From Candidatus Velthaea sp. (GTDB taxonomy: Bacteria > Vulcanimicrobiota > Vulcanimicrobiia > Vulcanimicrobiales > Vulcanimicrobiaceae): a stretch of DNA of 53,334 nucleotides. The notes beneath the pieces are model-generated. The model worked only from the letters and a program-made list of their open reading frames with translations, made no database searches and was not told the origin of the DNA. This document shows positions 20,176-33,426 of the stretch, one piece after another (the stretch's first letter is position 1; each line of letters opens with the position of its first letter). Made by a program: the position numbers and the translations under genes. Location: the NCBI GenBank assembly GCA_050012475.1, contig JBEKHC010000026.1, forward strand, positions 1 to 53,334, in the 5' to 3' direction.

Positions 20176-21087
20176 TCACACTTCGGCGTGCGTGGGGACG
20201 CGCTCGCCGCGCAGGAATGCCGCCAGCATGGCGTTGACGGTTGCCGGAGCGTCTTGCTGCACCCAATGCGAAACGCCGGGCAGATAGCGCAGCGTCAGGT
20301 CGTGAACGAAGCGGTCCGTGCCGAACGTCGTGGCCATGGTCAACGCCAGGTCGGCTTCGCCCCAGATCAGCAGGGTGGGAACGTCGATTGGCGGATACTC
20401 TCGCCGAGCGTGGCGCGGCGCATCGCGAACGACCGCACGGTACCAATTGAGCATCGCCGTCAACGCCCCTGGCGCAAGCGCGTTGCGCCGGTACACGTCG
20501 AGCACGGCGGGCGGAAAGCGGCTCTTGTCATGGGCGCTCGAGAGAAACGCGCGCGCGATGGGCGCGGCGCGGTTCCACCCCAGCGCCCACTCGGGAATCC
20601 GCGGCAGCTGGAAGAACAGAATGTACCACGAGCGCAAGGCTTGATCGAGCGACCGCAGCCGCCGGGCGAAGAGCGCGGGATGCGGAACGTTCATGATGAC
20701 GAGCCGTTCGAGCGCACGCACCCGATCGGTTGCGAAGAGCCAAGCCACCGCAGCGCCCCAATCATGCCCGATCAACGTCACCGAGCGCGCACCCGAAGCG
20801 TCGATCAAACCGGCGACATCGGCGACCAGCCGATCCGTTCGATAATCGTCGACGTTCGGCGGCCGCGTCGTTTGGCCGTAACCGCGCCCGTTGGGCGCCC
20901 AAACGCGGTAACCGAGGCCGGCCAGCAGCGGCAGCTGATAGCGCCACGAAAACGCGGCTTCGGGAAAGCCGTGCAAACACAGTGCCAACCGGTCACCGTG
21001 GCCGCAAACGTCGACCTCGAAGCGCAGTCCGTTTGCAGCGACGAAGATCGTTTCGATCGGCCAACGTTCCGCTGACGTGCCGCCCAT
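20176..21087 (-). CDS. alpha/beta hydrolase, epoxide-hydrolase-like
   Basis: HGFPE, GHDWGAA nucleophile elbow, [17 protein letters not shown]. Confidence 0.92.
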   Translation of the reverse strand: MGGTSAERWPIETIFVAANGLRFEVDVCGHGDRLALCLHGFPEAAFSWRYQLPLLAGLGYRVWAPNGRGYGQTTRPPNVDDYRTDRLVADVAGLIDASGARSVTLIGHDWGAAVAWLFATDRVRALERLVIMNVPHPALFARRLRSLDQALRSWYILFFQLPRIPEWALGWNRAAPIARAFLSSAHDKSRFPPAVLDVYRRNALAPGALTAMLNWYRAVVRDAPRHARREYPPIDVPTLLIWGEADLALTMATTFGTDRFVHDLTLRYLPGVSHWVQQDAPATVNAMLAAFLRGERVPTHAEV

Positions 21088-21098
21088 TCACGAGATCG

Positions 21099-21389
21099 CT
21101 AACTTTTTGCCGAGTAGACCACGCACCAACCGTCGGGGCTGATATCGCCGGCGACAACTTGGCATTGCCCCTTGGCTTTGGGATCCGCTCCGGGCAAGAA
21201 AAACTTACACCCCGAACAGTGGGCCGTGCCCTTGGGTGAGGTTTGATATGAAACCGCCGTCTGCGGGGACTTCGCTCCGGCGGCCGGAGCTTTTGCCGCA
21301 GCCGACGCTTGACTCGCCATCCCGACGGCAGCGAACGGAAGGGCGAGTAGATTGATGAGGACCGCTTTGCGGGTCGGACGATCGTTCAA
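21099..21389 (-). CDS. high-potential iron-sulfur protein (HiPIP) with Tat-like signal peptide
   Basis: YQ...CSGCKFF...CQVVAGDISPDGWC four-Cys HiPIP pattern; N-terminal PTRKAVL plus a hydrophobic stretch; GGAGG SD. Confidence 0.9.
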   Translation of the reverse strand: MNDRPTRKAVLINLLALPFAAVGMASQASAAAKAPAAGAKSPQTAVSYQTSPKGTAHCSGCKFFLPGADPKAKGQCQVVAGDISPDGWCVVYSAKS

Positions 21390-21440
21390 GAGCCTTACCT
21401 CCAGAAGCGTCGGATGGTTCCAAGGCTCTAACGGTTCCCA

Positions 21441-21477
21441 CGCGGCGCCCGGTTCCGACGCGGGCGCCGCGTTTTTT

Positions 21478-21479
<2 letters not shown>
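21441..21479 (+). terminator. GC hairpin with T tract on the plus strand, at the clpB 3' end
   Basis: 11-bp stem cgcggcgcccg/cgggcgccgcg followed by T8. Confidence 0.7.
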
Positions 21480-24110
<2,631 letters not shown>

Positions 24111-24111
<1 letters not shown>

Positions 24112-24137
24112 TCGCACTCTAAAACCCTGAGTGCTAA
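24111..24137 (-). promoter_or_regulatory. CIRCE element (HrcA operator)
   Basis: TTAGCACTC-agggtttta-GAGTGCGAA, one mismatch to the TTAGCACTC-N9-GAGTGCTAA consensus; last base is the A of the clpB ATG. Confidence 0.9.
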
Positions 24138-24194
24138 CGCTTCGGTTGCGGCGGGGAGCGAGACTTTCGCGCGGCAAGGCGCGAAGTATCGGCT

Positions 24195-25163
24195 ATGCTC
24201 AAGACGCCGATCACCGAGCCGTGGGGCTTGCGCTACCCGATCCTCAACGCGCCGATGACGCCGGCTGCTGTGGGCTCGCTCGCACGAGCCGTCTCCGACG
24301 CCGGCGGACTCGGCATGATCGGCGTCAACGAGACGTGGACGGCTGCCGATCTCGAGCTGCATTGCCGCACGGCCCGGGCGGACGATCCGCAGCGCAAATT
24401 CGGTATCGGCTTCATCGGTTGGGCGCTCGAGCGACAGCCCGGTTTGCTGGACACCGCGATTCAGCAGTGCCCGCATCTGATCTCGATTTCATTCCTCGAT
24501 CCGACGCCGTACGTCGGTAAAATTCACGCCAACGGCATTCTGCTCGCCGCTCAAGTGCAGTCCCGGGCGGACGCCGAATTGGCGCTGCGCGCCAACGTCG
24601 ACGTGCTGATCGCGCAGGGCACGGAGGCGGGCGGCCATACCGGCGACGTCTCGACCCTGTTGATGCTGCAGATCGTGCTCGGCTTGACCGATCGGCCGGT
24701 TTTGTCGGCGGGCGGGATTGCAACCGCGGCCGGCCTAGCAGCCGTGCTGGCGGCCGGGGCCGCAGGCGCCTGGATCGGCACCCCATTCTTGCTCGCCGCG
24801 GAAGCCGAGGTAACCGAAGCGGCGCGCGCGCGAATCAGCGCGGCGAACGAAACGCAAACGATCCTGACCGGGCTTTTCGACAACCTCCAGCACTTGCCGT
24901 GGCCCAAGCGGTACCGCGGTCGCGTGTTGCGGAACCAATTCGCCGTGCGCTGGGACGGCCGCGAGTCCGAAGCGCTCGGCGACCCGGCGTTGCTGGCGTC
25001 GTATCGCGAAGCCAAGACTGCCGGGAATTACGATATCGCGCACATCGCCGCCGGCCAGAGCGCCGGGCTCATCGGCGGCACGGTGACCGCGGCGCGCATC
25101 GTCCAGGGGCTGGGCGAAGGCGCCGAACAGCTCTTGCGGCGGCGCTTGAGCGAGCTTTTCTAG
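24195..25163 (+). CDS. nitronate monooxygenase family flavoprotein
   Basis: YPILNAPM, LARAVSDAGGLGMIG, AQGTEAGGHTG, AGGIA, AAGQSAGLI. Confidence 0.92.
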   Translation: MLKTPITEPWGLRYPILNAPMTPAAVGSLARAVSDAGGLGMIGVNETWTAADLELHCRTARADDPQRKFGIGFIGWALERQPGLLDTAIQQCPHLISISFLDPTPYVGKIHANGILLAAQVQSRADAELALRANVDVLIAQGTEAGGHTGDVSTLLMLQIVLGLTDRPVLSAGGIATAAGLAAVLAAGAAGAWIGTPFLLAAEAEVTEAARARISAANETQTILTGLFDNLQHLPWPKRYRGRVLRNQFAVRWDGRESEALGDPALLASYREAKTAGNYDIAHIAAGQSAGLIGGTVTAARIVQGLGEGAEQLLRRRLSELF

Positions 25164-25249
25164 CGCGGCGCGTCTGCGCCGTTGCGCGCCTGCGCGCGCG
25201 GCAAGCAAGGCGGAGCGAATTTGCCTGCCGGCTGTCGAAGCATTCGGCG

Positions 25250-26356
25250 ATGGACGCCACCGCGACCGCGACCCTTCCCGCTCTGGCCAAGGCGGCGTTC
25301 CGCGCATTCTTCGTGTACGACGTCGCCGACACCATCGACCTGGCCCGGTTGCGCACCGTGCGGGGGGAAGGCGTGGCCCGCGCGCCCCTGCAGCTGCGCC
25401 GCGAAGCATCGTCGGATTTCATCCAGTATCCGGTCGTTCCGCTGATCGTTCGGCTGCCGGATCTCGAAGAGTACAGCGCGACGATGCGGGCAAAAATCTT
25501 CGACTTCGGAGTGGTGTCGATTCGCATCAGCATCCCGTACTCGGGCAGTTGGCACGAGTACGGCACCTCGACCCGGCGCTGGCGCAGCGATCCTCGGCTC
25601 GAGGCGCAAGCGCGCGCGGCACTCGACGACGTGCTGGCGGAAATCGGCGACGCGCTCGACGATCCGCATCAGGCGCTGGTCGAAGACTACTTCATTTTGG
25701 AAGTCGACCGCTTCCGCGAACACGTTGCGGCCGCTCGGCTTTCCGGCGACTTGGCTTCACCGGTGGCGCAATTGCTGCTGTTCGAGGATCGCCCGCTCGT
25801 CCTAGCCGAGCAAAGCGAAGCGCTGCGCCTGTCGACGTCCTATTACGACGACGATTTCGTGGTCGTCCAGTGGGACGCGGCGTTCGTCTACGATCGCGCC
25901 GAGGGCGCCGAAGCGGTCGAAGACATCCTAGAATTCGCCAACTCGCAGCTCGTCGAGTTCCGCACCTACGATGCCCGGCTGGACGCCGAACTCGACGCCA
26001 TCTACGCCGACGATCCGGGCCGGCGAAACGGAAGGTTCATGGACCGCGCGGCAGCCGCGCGCGCCGCGCAGGTCCGCTTCCTGCTCGTCGATATTCTCGA
26101 ACTGACCGATCGTACTTCGAACGCGCTCAAAATCATCGGCGACGCGTACTACGCGCGGCTCTACCGCTCGATCGCCAAGCGCCTCGGTTTGGCGGATTGG
26201 CAACGTCTCATCGACGCCAAGCTGCGCTCGGTTTCCGAGATCTATCGGGTGTTCCAAGACCAAGCGCAGCATACGCGCAGCGAGGTGCTCGAGATCATCA
26301 TCATCATCCTCGTTGCGCTCGAGGCCGTGATCGGCGTCCTGGCATTGCGCCACTGA
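25250..26356 (+). CDS. conserved hypothetical protein, RMD1/DUF155-like, with C-terminal TM helix
   Basis: IFDFGVVSIR, ILEFANSQLVEFRTYD, IGDAYYARLY, LEIIIIILVALE. Confidence 0.8.
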   Translation: MDATATATLPALAKAAFRAFFVYDVADTIDLARLRTVRGEGVARAPLQLRREASSDFIQYPVVPLIVRLPDLEEYSATMRAKIFDFGVVSIRISIPYSGSWHEYGTSTRRWRSDPRLEAQARAALDDVLAEIGDALDDPHQALVEDYFILEVDRFREHVAAARLSGDLASPVAQLLLFEDRPLVLAEQSEALRLSTSYYDDDFVVVQWDAAFVYDRAEGAEAVEDILEFANSQLVEFRTYDARLDAELDAIYADDPGRRNGRFMDRAAAARAAQVRFLLVDILELTDRTSNALKIIGDAYYARLYRSIAKRLGLADWQRLIDAKLRSVSEIYRVFQDQAQHTRSEVLEIIIIILVALEAVIGVLALRH

Positions 26357-26366
26357 CGCCGCATCT

Positions 26367-26960
26367 TCAGCGCGGGGTGGCGACGCTGCGCAGCCGGAAG
26401 GCCGCCGCGATCAACGAGAAGCCGGCCACGAAGCCGTAGATTGCGATCATCAGCGTGAGGTACGTGAGTCCGAGACCTGGTATGAACGCCACGTACACGC
26501 CGAACACGATCGAAATCGCACCGAACAGGACGTAGAGCCACTCGCCGCGGATGACGCGGCGCAGCGAAATCGCGACCATGATCTCAAAGATGCCCGTCAC
26601 GATGGCCCAAAAGCCGACCAAATATCCCAGCGTCAATGCCGTCAGACCAGGCCAGGCAAAAACGACGAAACCGGCAATGATGCTGACGATGCCCGAGAGC
26701 AGCAACAGCCACCACGACCGGTCGGAGCGCATGACCCCGAACGCTTTGATCACGGCAAAAACGCCGTCGACGATGAAAAACGCACCGAGCAGCAAGATGA
26801 GCGCCGCGAGCGTCGCGCCGGGATCGAAAATGGCGATCAGTCCCACCGCCAGCGCCAGCAGTCCGCGAACCAGAAAGAGCCACCAGCCGCGCCGGACCGC
26901 CGGCTCGAGCGTGCCGGCATCGAACGGTGCAGTCGGAACGTTACGCGCGGATTCGGTCAT
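26367..26960 (-). CDS. HdeD/DUF308 family membrane protein
   Basis: WWLFLVRGLLAL...PGAT...DG repeat pattern, six TM helices; GGGAGG SD. Confidence 0.92.
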   Translation of the reverse strand: MTESARNVPTAPFDAGTLEPAVRRGWWLFLVRGLLALAVGLIAIFDPGATLAALILLLGAFFIVDGVFAVIKAFGVMRSDRSWWLLLLSGIVSIIAGFVVFAWPGLTALTLGYLVGFWAIVTGIFEIMVAISLRRVIRGEWLYVLFGAISIVFGVYVAFIPGLGLTYLTLMIAIYGFVAGFSLIAAAFRLRSVATPR

Positions 26961-27173
26961 GATCCAAATCCTCCCAAGACTCCGCTTCGATTGGACAACT
27001 GTCGCGCGAAGCGGGGCCGAACATAGAACTTTGAGCAACCTATCGGCAACCGTGCGGAGCCGATGGAACAAGGCTTCCGCCCGATTCGTACCCGACCCAA
27101 CCGTTTTGTAACACGGGGCGTGCCCGTGCGCCCGTACGCTGCAGCAACATTTTAGATCTCAGAAGCTGTCTTC

Positions 27174-28032
27174 TCAGAAACTGTATTGCAGTTGGTGACG
27201 GACGCACTTGAAGTTGTAGGGCAGCGTCGGCTGGGTGCGGTCGGCGAACCGTTCGCGCAGCGCGAATCCCTTGTACGATCCGGTATGCACCGGGTTGAAA
27301 TTCAGCGTGATGTCGGCGTCGAACTCGTAGCTGCGGTTGCGCGCGAAAGCGGTGTTGTAGTTGTACGCCGCTTCAGTGGCGACCGCGACGACCCGCTTGT
27401 TGCTCGACGTGTTCGTCAGTGCTCCTTTGAATGCCGAAGCGGCGCTGCGCCGGTCGACCATACCCTGCGAAATGCTCGTGGTGTACAACGGGTCCGAGGC
27501 ATACGAGTCGCTATACGGCGATGCAATCCCGCCATAGACGACTTTGTACCGATCGGTCCCGACCTTCACCGCATTGACCGCCGCACCGTTGACGCCGGCT
27601 GCGAACTGCGCGTTCGTTCCGCCGGCGACGAGAAAATACGGGGCGGCGGCCGCGGCTGCGGAAGCCGCGGTCACGGTATCGTCGTTCCACGGTGCCTGAT
27701 CGGCGATTCTGCACGCGGCCGAGAAGGGCCGAACCGGCTTGCTGCTCGTTGACGAATTGAAAGCCGATGAACGGGTTGTACGGGTTCTTCGCGAGCGCGA
27801 AGTACCGGCGGTACGTTTCCGCTGCGACGGTAAAGCGGCCATTGGGCTTGAACGCAAGCGCCAAACGGTCGGCACCGGTGGTGATCGACTTCCGGCCGAC
27901 GATACTGCCGATGCCGGCGGGCGTCGCGCCGTTGCACGTCAGCAGCGTACACTGATCGAAGCTCGACTCCGTTCGATTCTCGAAGCGCGTGATCCGCGTC
28001 AAGCCGATGGCCAGCGCTTTCGTCACGTTGAT
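27174..28032 (-). pseudogene. decayed outer-membrane beta-barrel (OprD-like porin) gene
   Basis: Two frames join near 27705 (..IGFQFVNEQQAGSALLGRVQN then ..SDPLYTTSISQGMVDRRS..YEFDADIT..RHQLQYSF*); terminal YSF; no start or signal peptide seen. Confidence 0.7.
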
Positions 28033-28241
28033 CGTTGCACGACGAGCGTTAAGCGCAGCGTATGAGCGCAGCGATTCGCGGGGAACTTCGCGGCGTTTCG
28101 CCGTAACGACGACGGCTGCACGTTTCACCGTCTATGGCGCCGTGACCGAGCAGCCCCAATCGTCATTGCGCGCGAGTGTTCGCTACACTCGCGCGCAATT
28201 TGTCAGCCCGGGGCGCAACGCCCAGCGGGCGGCGGTGCGAT

Positions 28242-28574
28242 TCAGGCCGCGGCGAGATGCTTGTTGAGCATCGACGTGATCGTCGATTCGTTCACGAAGC
28301 CGACGATGCGATCGACGGCCTGGCCGCCCTTGAAGAGAATCAGACACGGGATCCCCGAAACCTGATACTCGCCCGCAAGGCTCGGCGCTTCGTCGGTGTT
28401 GAGTTTGACGAAGGAAATGCGGTCGCTCATGGTCCCGGCAACCTTCTCAACGACCGGCGCAAGCATCTTGCAAGGCCCGCACCAGGGGGCCCAGAAGTCG
28501 ACCAAGACGGGCTTGTCGGAAGCCAGCACGGCGGTCGAAAACGTGCTCTGGGAAACATCGGGCAGTGCGCTCAT
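28242..28574 (-). CDS. trxA: thioredoxin
   Basis: [21 protein letters not shown] before the ATG at 28574. Confidence 0.97.
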   Translation of the reverse strand: MSALPDVSQSTFSTAVLASDKPVLVDFWAPWCGPCKMLAPVVEKVAGTMSDRISFVKLNTDEAPSLAGEYQVSGIPCLILFKGGQAVDRIVGFVNESTITSMLNKHLAAA

Positions 28575-28707
28575 AAGTGGGTCAAATACCTCCAGGCTCT
28601 GGGACACGGGGCGCCGCACGCCGGTTTCGCTCGTCCCCGGCAGCGGCCGTTCGCGCAGGCACTTCCGCGCCGGCAGAACCGAACCCGCCGCCGCGCCGCC
28701 CCGGCCG

Positions 28708-29265
28708 TCAGGCGTGCTTCGGCGCGGGGATCGATTCGACGTCGAGCGTGATGTCGATCTCGTCACCGACGGCGACGCCGCCCGTTTCAAGCGCCGCGTT
28801 CCAAACCAACCCGAAAGCGCTGCGGTTGATGCGCGCGGTAGCTTCGAAGGCGACGCGATCGTTGCCGTGCAGATCCTTGCCTTGCCCCGAAACTTCGGCA
28901 TCGAGCGTCACGCTGCGTTTCACGCCGTGTATTTCGAGATCGCCGACCAGCTTGAAGCGCGTGCTGTCGAGTGGTTCGACGCGCGTGCTGGTAAAGCGCA
29001 GCTTCGGAAATTGTTCGGCGTCGAAAAAATCCGCTGATTTGAGATGGGCGTCGCGTTGGGCTTCGCGCGTATCGATCGATGCGGCATCGATCTCGGCGCT
29101 GACCGCGAGGGGGATCGATGCATCGGCCGGCAGTTCGATCGTGCCGGCGAGCGTTCGGAACGTGCCGCGCACTTTCGAGATCATCAGGTGCCGAACGGAA
29201 AAGTGCGCGCTCGAATGGGCCGGGTCGATGATATACGCGCGCGTCGAGGTCGAGGTAGCGGTCAT
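28708..29265 (-). CDS. YceI family protein
   Basis: [54 protein letters not shown]. Confidence 0.95.
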   Translation of the reverse strand: MTATSTSTRAYIIDPAHSSAHFSVRHLMISKVRGTFRTLAGTIELPADASIPLAVSAEIDAASIDTREAQRDAHLKSADFFDAEQFPKLRFTSTRVEPLDSTRFKLVGDLEIHGVKRSVTLDAEVSGQGKDLHGNDRVAFEATARINRSAFGLVWNAALETGGVAVGDEIDITLDVESIPAPKHA

Positions 29266-29387
29266 GGTGCTCCTGCTCTCAAGAGAGAACTGCAACGGAA
29301 GGAAAGGCTTCTGTCGGGAACGGACGCCGCCGCTCCAGGTTAGTTCGTCCGCGAAAACGACTCGCGAATCGACTATAATTTTTACCT

Positions 29388-29428
29388 GATAATGATTTTA
29401 TCGTAGGCAATGATTATATAACTGTCAA
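29388..29428 (-). promoter_or_regulatory. yceI sigma70 promoter with overlapping inverted repeat
   Basis: Minus strand TTGACA-N17-TACGAT (29428-29400); GATAA-tgatt-TTATC inverted repeat at 29388-29402. Confidence 0.75.
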
Positions 29429-29457
29429 GCATTTCCGATCCGTGCTACACTCGTCCA

Positions 29458-29946
29458 GTGAGGAATGACCCGCCAATGGCGCCCGCGGCTCCGGACGAAT
29501 CGCCCGGGCTGCTCTTGGCGCGTCTGGGGCGGGGAGCCGCGCAGATCTACCGGGAGGCGCTCACGGGGACCGGGCTCAAGCCGCCCCACGTCGCCGCGCT
29601 CGTCGCCCTACGCTGCGATCCGATCGGCCAGCAGGCCCTGAGCGAGGCGACGAAGCTCGACGCCGTGCGGCTGGTCGGAATTCTCAACGACCTGGAAGCG
29701 GCCGGCCTCATCGAGCGTCGACGCGACGCCGTGGACCGCCGGCGGCACATCGTGGTGATCACCGGGACCGGCCGCACACGCCTCGACGAAGTCGAACGCG
29801 CCTCCGGCGTCGCCGAAGAACGGCTCCTCGCCGGCCTGAACGCCGCGCAACGCGAGCAGCTCGCAACGCTGCTGCGCCTCGTGGTCGACACGAGTCAGGT
29901 GGCCGAGACCTGCCCCGGCGCGAGCGAGCCCGAAGAAAACGGCTAG
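29458..29946 (+). CDS. MarR family regulator, divergent from yceI
   Basis: LEAAGLIERRRDAVDRRRHIVVITGTG; TGcTACACT 6 nt before the GTG. Confidence 0.92.
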   Translation: MRNDPPMAPAAPDESPGLLLARLGRGAAQIYREALTGTGLKPPHVAALVALRCDPIGQQALSEATKLDAVRLVGILNDLEAAGLIERRRDAVDRRRHIVVITGTGRTRLDEVERASGVAEERLLAGLNAAQREQLATLLRLVVDTSQVAETCPGASEPEENG

Positions 29947-32606
29947 GCGGGCGTCACCGGCTCCTCACCCGTGATGTCGGCGACCCGTTTGGAGACTTGT
30001 CCGAGGTTGGCGATCGCGATGACTTCATCACCCTCGGCCAACCGCTGCAGCCGCACGCCTTTGGTTGACCGGCCGGCCCGGCGGATCTGATCGACCGGGA
30101 TGCGGATGACTTGGTTGCCGCTGGTGATGAGCAGCAGTTCGTCGTCGGAGCGCACCAGAATCTGGTCGACCACGTACCCGATCTCTTTCTCTTTGGCGAA
30201 CGCCTTGACGCCCTTGCCGCCGCGCGAGGTGTGGCGGTAGTCGTCGATCGGCGTGCGCTTTCCGTACGCTTGTGAGGTGACGATCAACACTTCACGCCGG
30301 TCGTCCTCGACGACGTCCATCGCGACGACCGTGTCGCTCGGCGCCAGCGTGATGGCGCGAACGCCGCGCGCGTTGCGGCCCATCGGCCGCACGTCGGTCT
30401 CGTTGAAGTGCACGGCCATGCCGTCGTGCGTCGCCAGGATGATGTCGCGCGAACCGTTGGAAAGGTCGACGCCCAAGAGTTCATCGGCGTCGTCCAAACC
30501 GATCGCGTTGAGCCCGTTGCGGCGAACGTTGGAGAACTCTTCGAGCTTGGTCTTCTTGATGACGCCCTGACGGGTAACCATTACCAGGTAATTGTCGCCC
30601 TCGAAGTCGCTGATCGGAAACACCGCCGTCACCGATTCGCCGGGCGGCAGCGTCAGCAAATTGACCAGCGCCGTGCCGCGCGATTGGCGTGTCGAGTCGG
30701 GGATCTCGTAGGCCCGCAGGCGGTACGCCCGGCCCTTGTTGGTGAAGAACAAAACGTGCTGGTGCGTCGTGGCGACGAAAAAGTTCGCGACGACGTCTTC
30801 TTTTTTGAGGTTGGCGATGCCGACGACGCCGCGGCCACCGCGGTTTTGCTGGCGGAACGTATCGACCGATACGCGCTTGATGTAGCCGCCGACGGTCGAC
30901 GTAATGACGACGTCGGTATCGGCGATGATATCCTCGATCGAGAGCTCGCCTTCGAGCGCTTCGACCGGCGTCCGCCGCGGATCGGCGAAGCGCTTGCGCA
31001 CGTCGAGGGTTTCGGTCTTCACCACCTCGAGAATCATCTTGTCGCTTGCGAGCAGTTCTTCGAGCTGGGCGATGAGCGTCACGAGTTCGGAGTGCTCGTC
31101 CTCGATCTTCTGGCGTTCCAGTCCGACCAGCGTGCGCAGGCGCATGTCGACGATCGCCGCGGCCTGTTCGGCCGAAAGCCGGAAATTCTCGTCGATCGCC
31201 GTGCGGGCCATCCGGCGGAAGGCGTCGGAAAGCGCGAAGGGCTCAGCGATGAGGTGTTCGCGTGCGGTCTCGACCGTGTCGCTTTCGCGAATGATCGTGA
31301 TGACGCGGTCGATGTTGTCGAGCGCAACCAAAAATCCGAGCAGCAGGTGGGCCCGCGAACGGGCCCGCGCGAGCTCGTACGTCGTGCGCCGGCGCACGAC
31401 GATCGTGCGATGCTCGATGAAATACTCGAGGATCTGAAGCAGCGAAAGGACTTGCGGCTCCAGCTGCGTCTGCGTGCTGCCGGCCAGCAAATAGGCGCTG
31501 CCGTCGGCGCGTTTGGCCGGCACGAGCGCCAGCATGTTGAACGCAAAGCTCGATTGCAGCGGGGTTTGCTTGTAGAGCTGGTTGAGCACCACGTTGGGAG
31601 TGGCGCTGCGGTGCAGCTGCACGACGATGCGCATGCCGTGCCGGTTGGACTCGTTATCCAGCCGCGAGATACCCAAGATTCGCTTTTCGGAATGGGCGTC
31701 GGAGATCGCTTCGAGGATCCGATTGACCGACACTTGGAACGGCACTTCGGTGATCAGAATTTTATGTTTGCCGTCTTCTTCGATGATTTCGGCTTTGCCG
31801 CGCAAGGGCACGGTGCCGCGTCCGGTTCGATAGGCGGTGCGAATGGCTTCGCGGCCCATCAGAATGCCGCCGGTGGGAAAATCCGGACCGTGCACGACGT
31901 CGAGAATCTGTTGCCACAGCTCCTCGTCGCCGCCGGCGTCATCCGCCGCATCGACCTTCTCGCCCGCGGCGGCCGGCTGCGGCGTCACCGTGCGCACGGC
32001 CGACGCGGAGCGGTAGTCGATCACCTTGACGATCGCATCGCAGATTTCGCCGATGTTGTGGGGCGGAATGTTGGTCGCCATGCCGACCGCGATCCCGCTC
32101 GAACCGTTGATGAGCAGTTGCGGCAAGCGCGCCGGCAGCACGACCGGCTCGGTGCCTTGATTGTCGAAGTTTGGAACGAAGTCGACGGTCTCTTTGTCGA
32201 TGTCGACGAGCATGTCCATCGCCGGCCGCGCCAAGCGCGCTTCGGTGTACCGATAGGCGGCCGGCGGGTCGGGATCGATCGAGCCGAAGTTCCCGTGGCC
32301 GTCGATGAGCGGATAGCGCAGCGTGAAGTCTTGCGCCATGCGCACGAGCGCGTCGTATACGGAGCTGTCGCCGTGCGGATGGTAGTTCTTGAGTACCTCG
32401 CCGATCACACCGGCCGACTTGCGGTGCTGCTTGTCGGGCGTCATCCCCATGTCGCGCATGGCGTACAAGATGCGGCGCTGGACGGGCTTGAGACCGTCAC
32501 GCACGTCGGGCAGCGCGCGCGACGCGATGACCGACATCGCATACGAGAGATAACTCTCGCGCATTTCGTCTTCGACGTTGATGAGCGAGACACGATCGTT
32601 ATTCAC
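29943..32606 (-). CDS. gyrA: DNA gyrase subunit A
   Basis: [34 protein letters not shown], GyrA box QNRGGRG, beta-pinwheel repeats. Confidence 0.98.
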   Translation of the reverse strand: MNNDRVSLINVEDEMRESYLSYAMSVIASRALPDVRDGLKPVQRRILYAMRDMGMTPDKQHRKSAGVIGEVLKNYHPHGDSSVYDALVRMAQDFTLRYPLIDGHGNFGSIDPDPPAAYRYTEARLARPAMDMLVDIDKETVDFVPNFDNQGTEPVVLPARLPQLLINGSSGIAVGMATNIPPHNIGEICDAIVKVIDYRSASAVRTVTPQPAAAGEKVDAADDAGGDEELWQQILDVVHGPDFPTGGILMGREAIRTAYRTGRGTVPLRGKAEIIEEDGKHKILITEVPFQVSVNRILEAISDAHSEKRILGISRLDNESNRHGMRIVVQLHRSATPNVVLNQLYKQTPLQSSFAFNMLALVPAKRADGSAYLLAGSTQTQLEPQVLSLLQILEYFIEHRTIVVRRRTTYELARARSRAHLLLGFLVALDNIDRVITIIRESDTVETAREHLIAEPFALSDAFRRMARTAIDENFRLSAEQAAAIVDMRLRTLVGLERQKIEDEHSELVTLIAQLEELLASDKMILEVVKTETLDVRKRFADPRRTPVEALEGELSIEDIIADTDVVITSTVGGYIKRVSVDTFRQQNRGGRGVVGIANLKKEDVVANFFVATTHQHVLFFTNKGRAYRLRAYEIPDSTRQSRGTALVNLLTLPPGESVTAVFPISDFEGDNYLVMVTRQGVIKKTKLEEFSNVRRNGLNAIGLDDADELLGVDLSNGSRDIILATHDGMAVHFNETDVRPMGRNARGVRAITLAPSDTVVAMDVVEDDRREVLIVTSQAYGKRTPIDDYRHTSRGGKGVKAFAKEKEIGYVVDQILVRSDDELLLITSGNQVIRIPVDQIRRAGRSTKGVRLQRLAEGDEVIAIANLGQVSKRVADITGEEPVTPA

Positions 32607-32720
32607 AGACTACCGTTTCACTATTCTTTCGGACGCGCGTGCATGACTTGCGTCGGCTTCGTTCGAGGAATCCATCGCTCCGCCCATCAAGCGAATGTCG
32701 CGCAAAAGCGCGACATTCGC

Positions 32721-32960
32721 TTAACGTACCGAGCGCTGCCCGCGTGGCTTGACGACCGCGCCAACCCCAAAACCGACCAGCCCGCCGACGATCGCGCCGA
32801 GAATCGCGATAATCAAGAACTTGCTGCCGATTCCACCGCCCAGGTGACCGACCGAGAAGAAACGCAGCGTGACGATAAAGGCTTCGAACGCGGCGGCGAG
32901 GACGGAGCAAACCGCACCAGCGATAACCCCGACAATCACGTCGCTGACCCGCAGATACAC
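32721..32960 (-). CDS. small two-TM membrane protein
   Basis: C-terminal 79 aa of ORF 32721..33128; two Gly-rich hydrophobic helices; start uncertain. Confidence 0.65.
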   Translation of the reverse strand: MYLRVSDVIVGVIAGAVCSVLAAAFEAFIVTLRFFSVGHLGGGIGSKFLIIAILGAIVGGLVGFGVGAVVKPRGQRSVR

Positions 32961-33003
32961 TGCCGGTATGTTCGTGTTCGTGCGTGGTGTATCTTTTAAA
33001 GCC

Positions 33004-33426
33004 ATGGAAACACTGATACCCGATCTGGCAGCCTTGGACGCGTTCGCGCAAGCGTTCGCGCGCCGGCTGCGGCCGGGATCGGCGGTAGCGTTGCGCGGCT
33101 TGCTCGGCGCCGGCAAGACCACCCTCATTCGCGCGCTGGTTCGCGCGTTGCACGGGTCGGATGCTGCCGTCTCGTCGCCGACGTTCGTCTTTCGCCAACG
33201 CTACGACGGCGTTCCGCCGATCGAACATCTCGATCTGTATCGGATTACCGATCCAGCCGAACTCGACGAGCTGGGCTTGGAAGACGCCTTCGGACCCGAC
33301 TGCGTCACGCTCGTCGAGTGGCCGGAGCACGCACCGGACCTGTTGCCGCCGGGCGCGATCGAGCTGGGCATCGCCGGGAGCGGGGACGGGCCGCGCACGA
33401 TCGCCGCCGCGGAGCCGGCGCGTTGA
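33004..33426 (+). CDS. tsaE: t6A biosynthesis ATPase TsaE
   Basis: GLLGAGKTT, VSSPTF, HLDLYRI, LVEWP. Confidence 0.96.
   Translation: METLIPDLAALDAFAQAFARRLRPGSAVALRGLLGAGKTTLIRALVRALHGSDAAVSSPTFVFRQRYDGVPPIEHLDLYRITDPAELDELGLEDAFGPDCVTLVEWPEHAPDLLPPGAIELGIAGSGDGPRTIAAAEPAR

Noticed and set aside
30408..32999. Long antisense ORFs (863 aa opposite gyrA; similar ones opposite DUF2252, glgA, clpB and the EAL gene)
   Set aside because: Shadow frames expected from high-GC codon bias opposite well-supported genes; no recognisable motifs.
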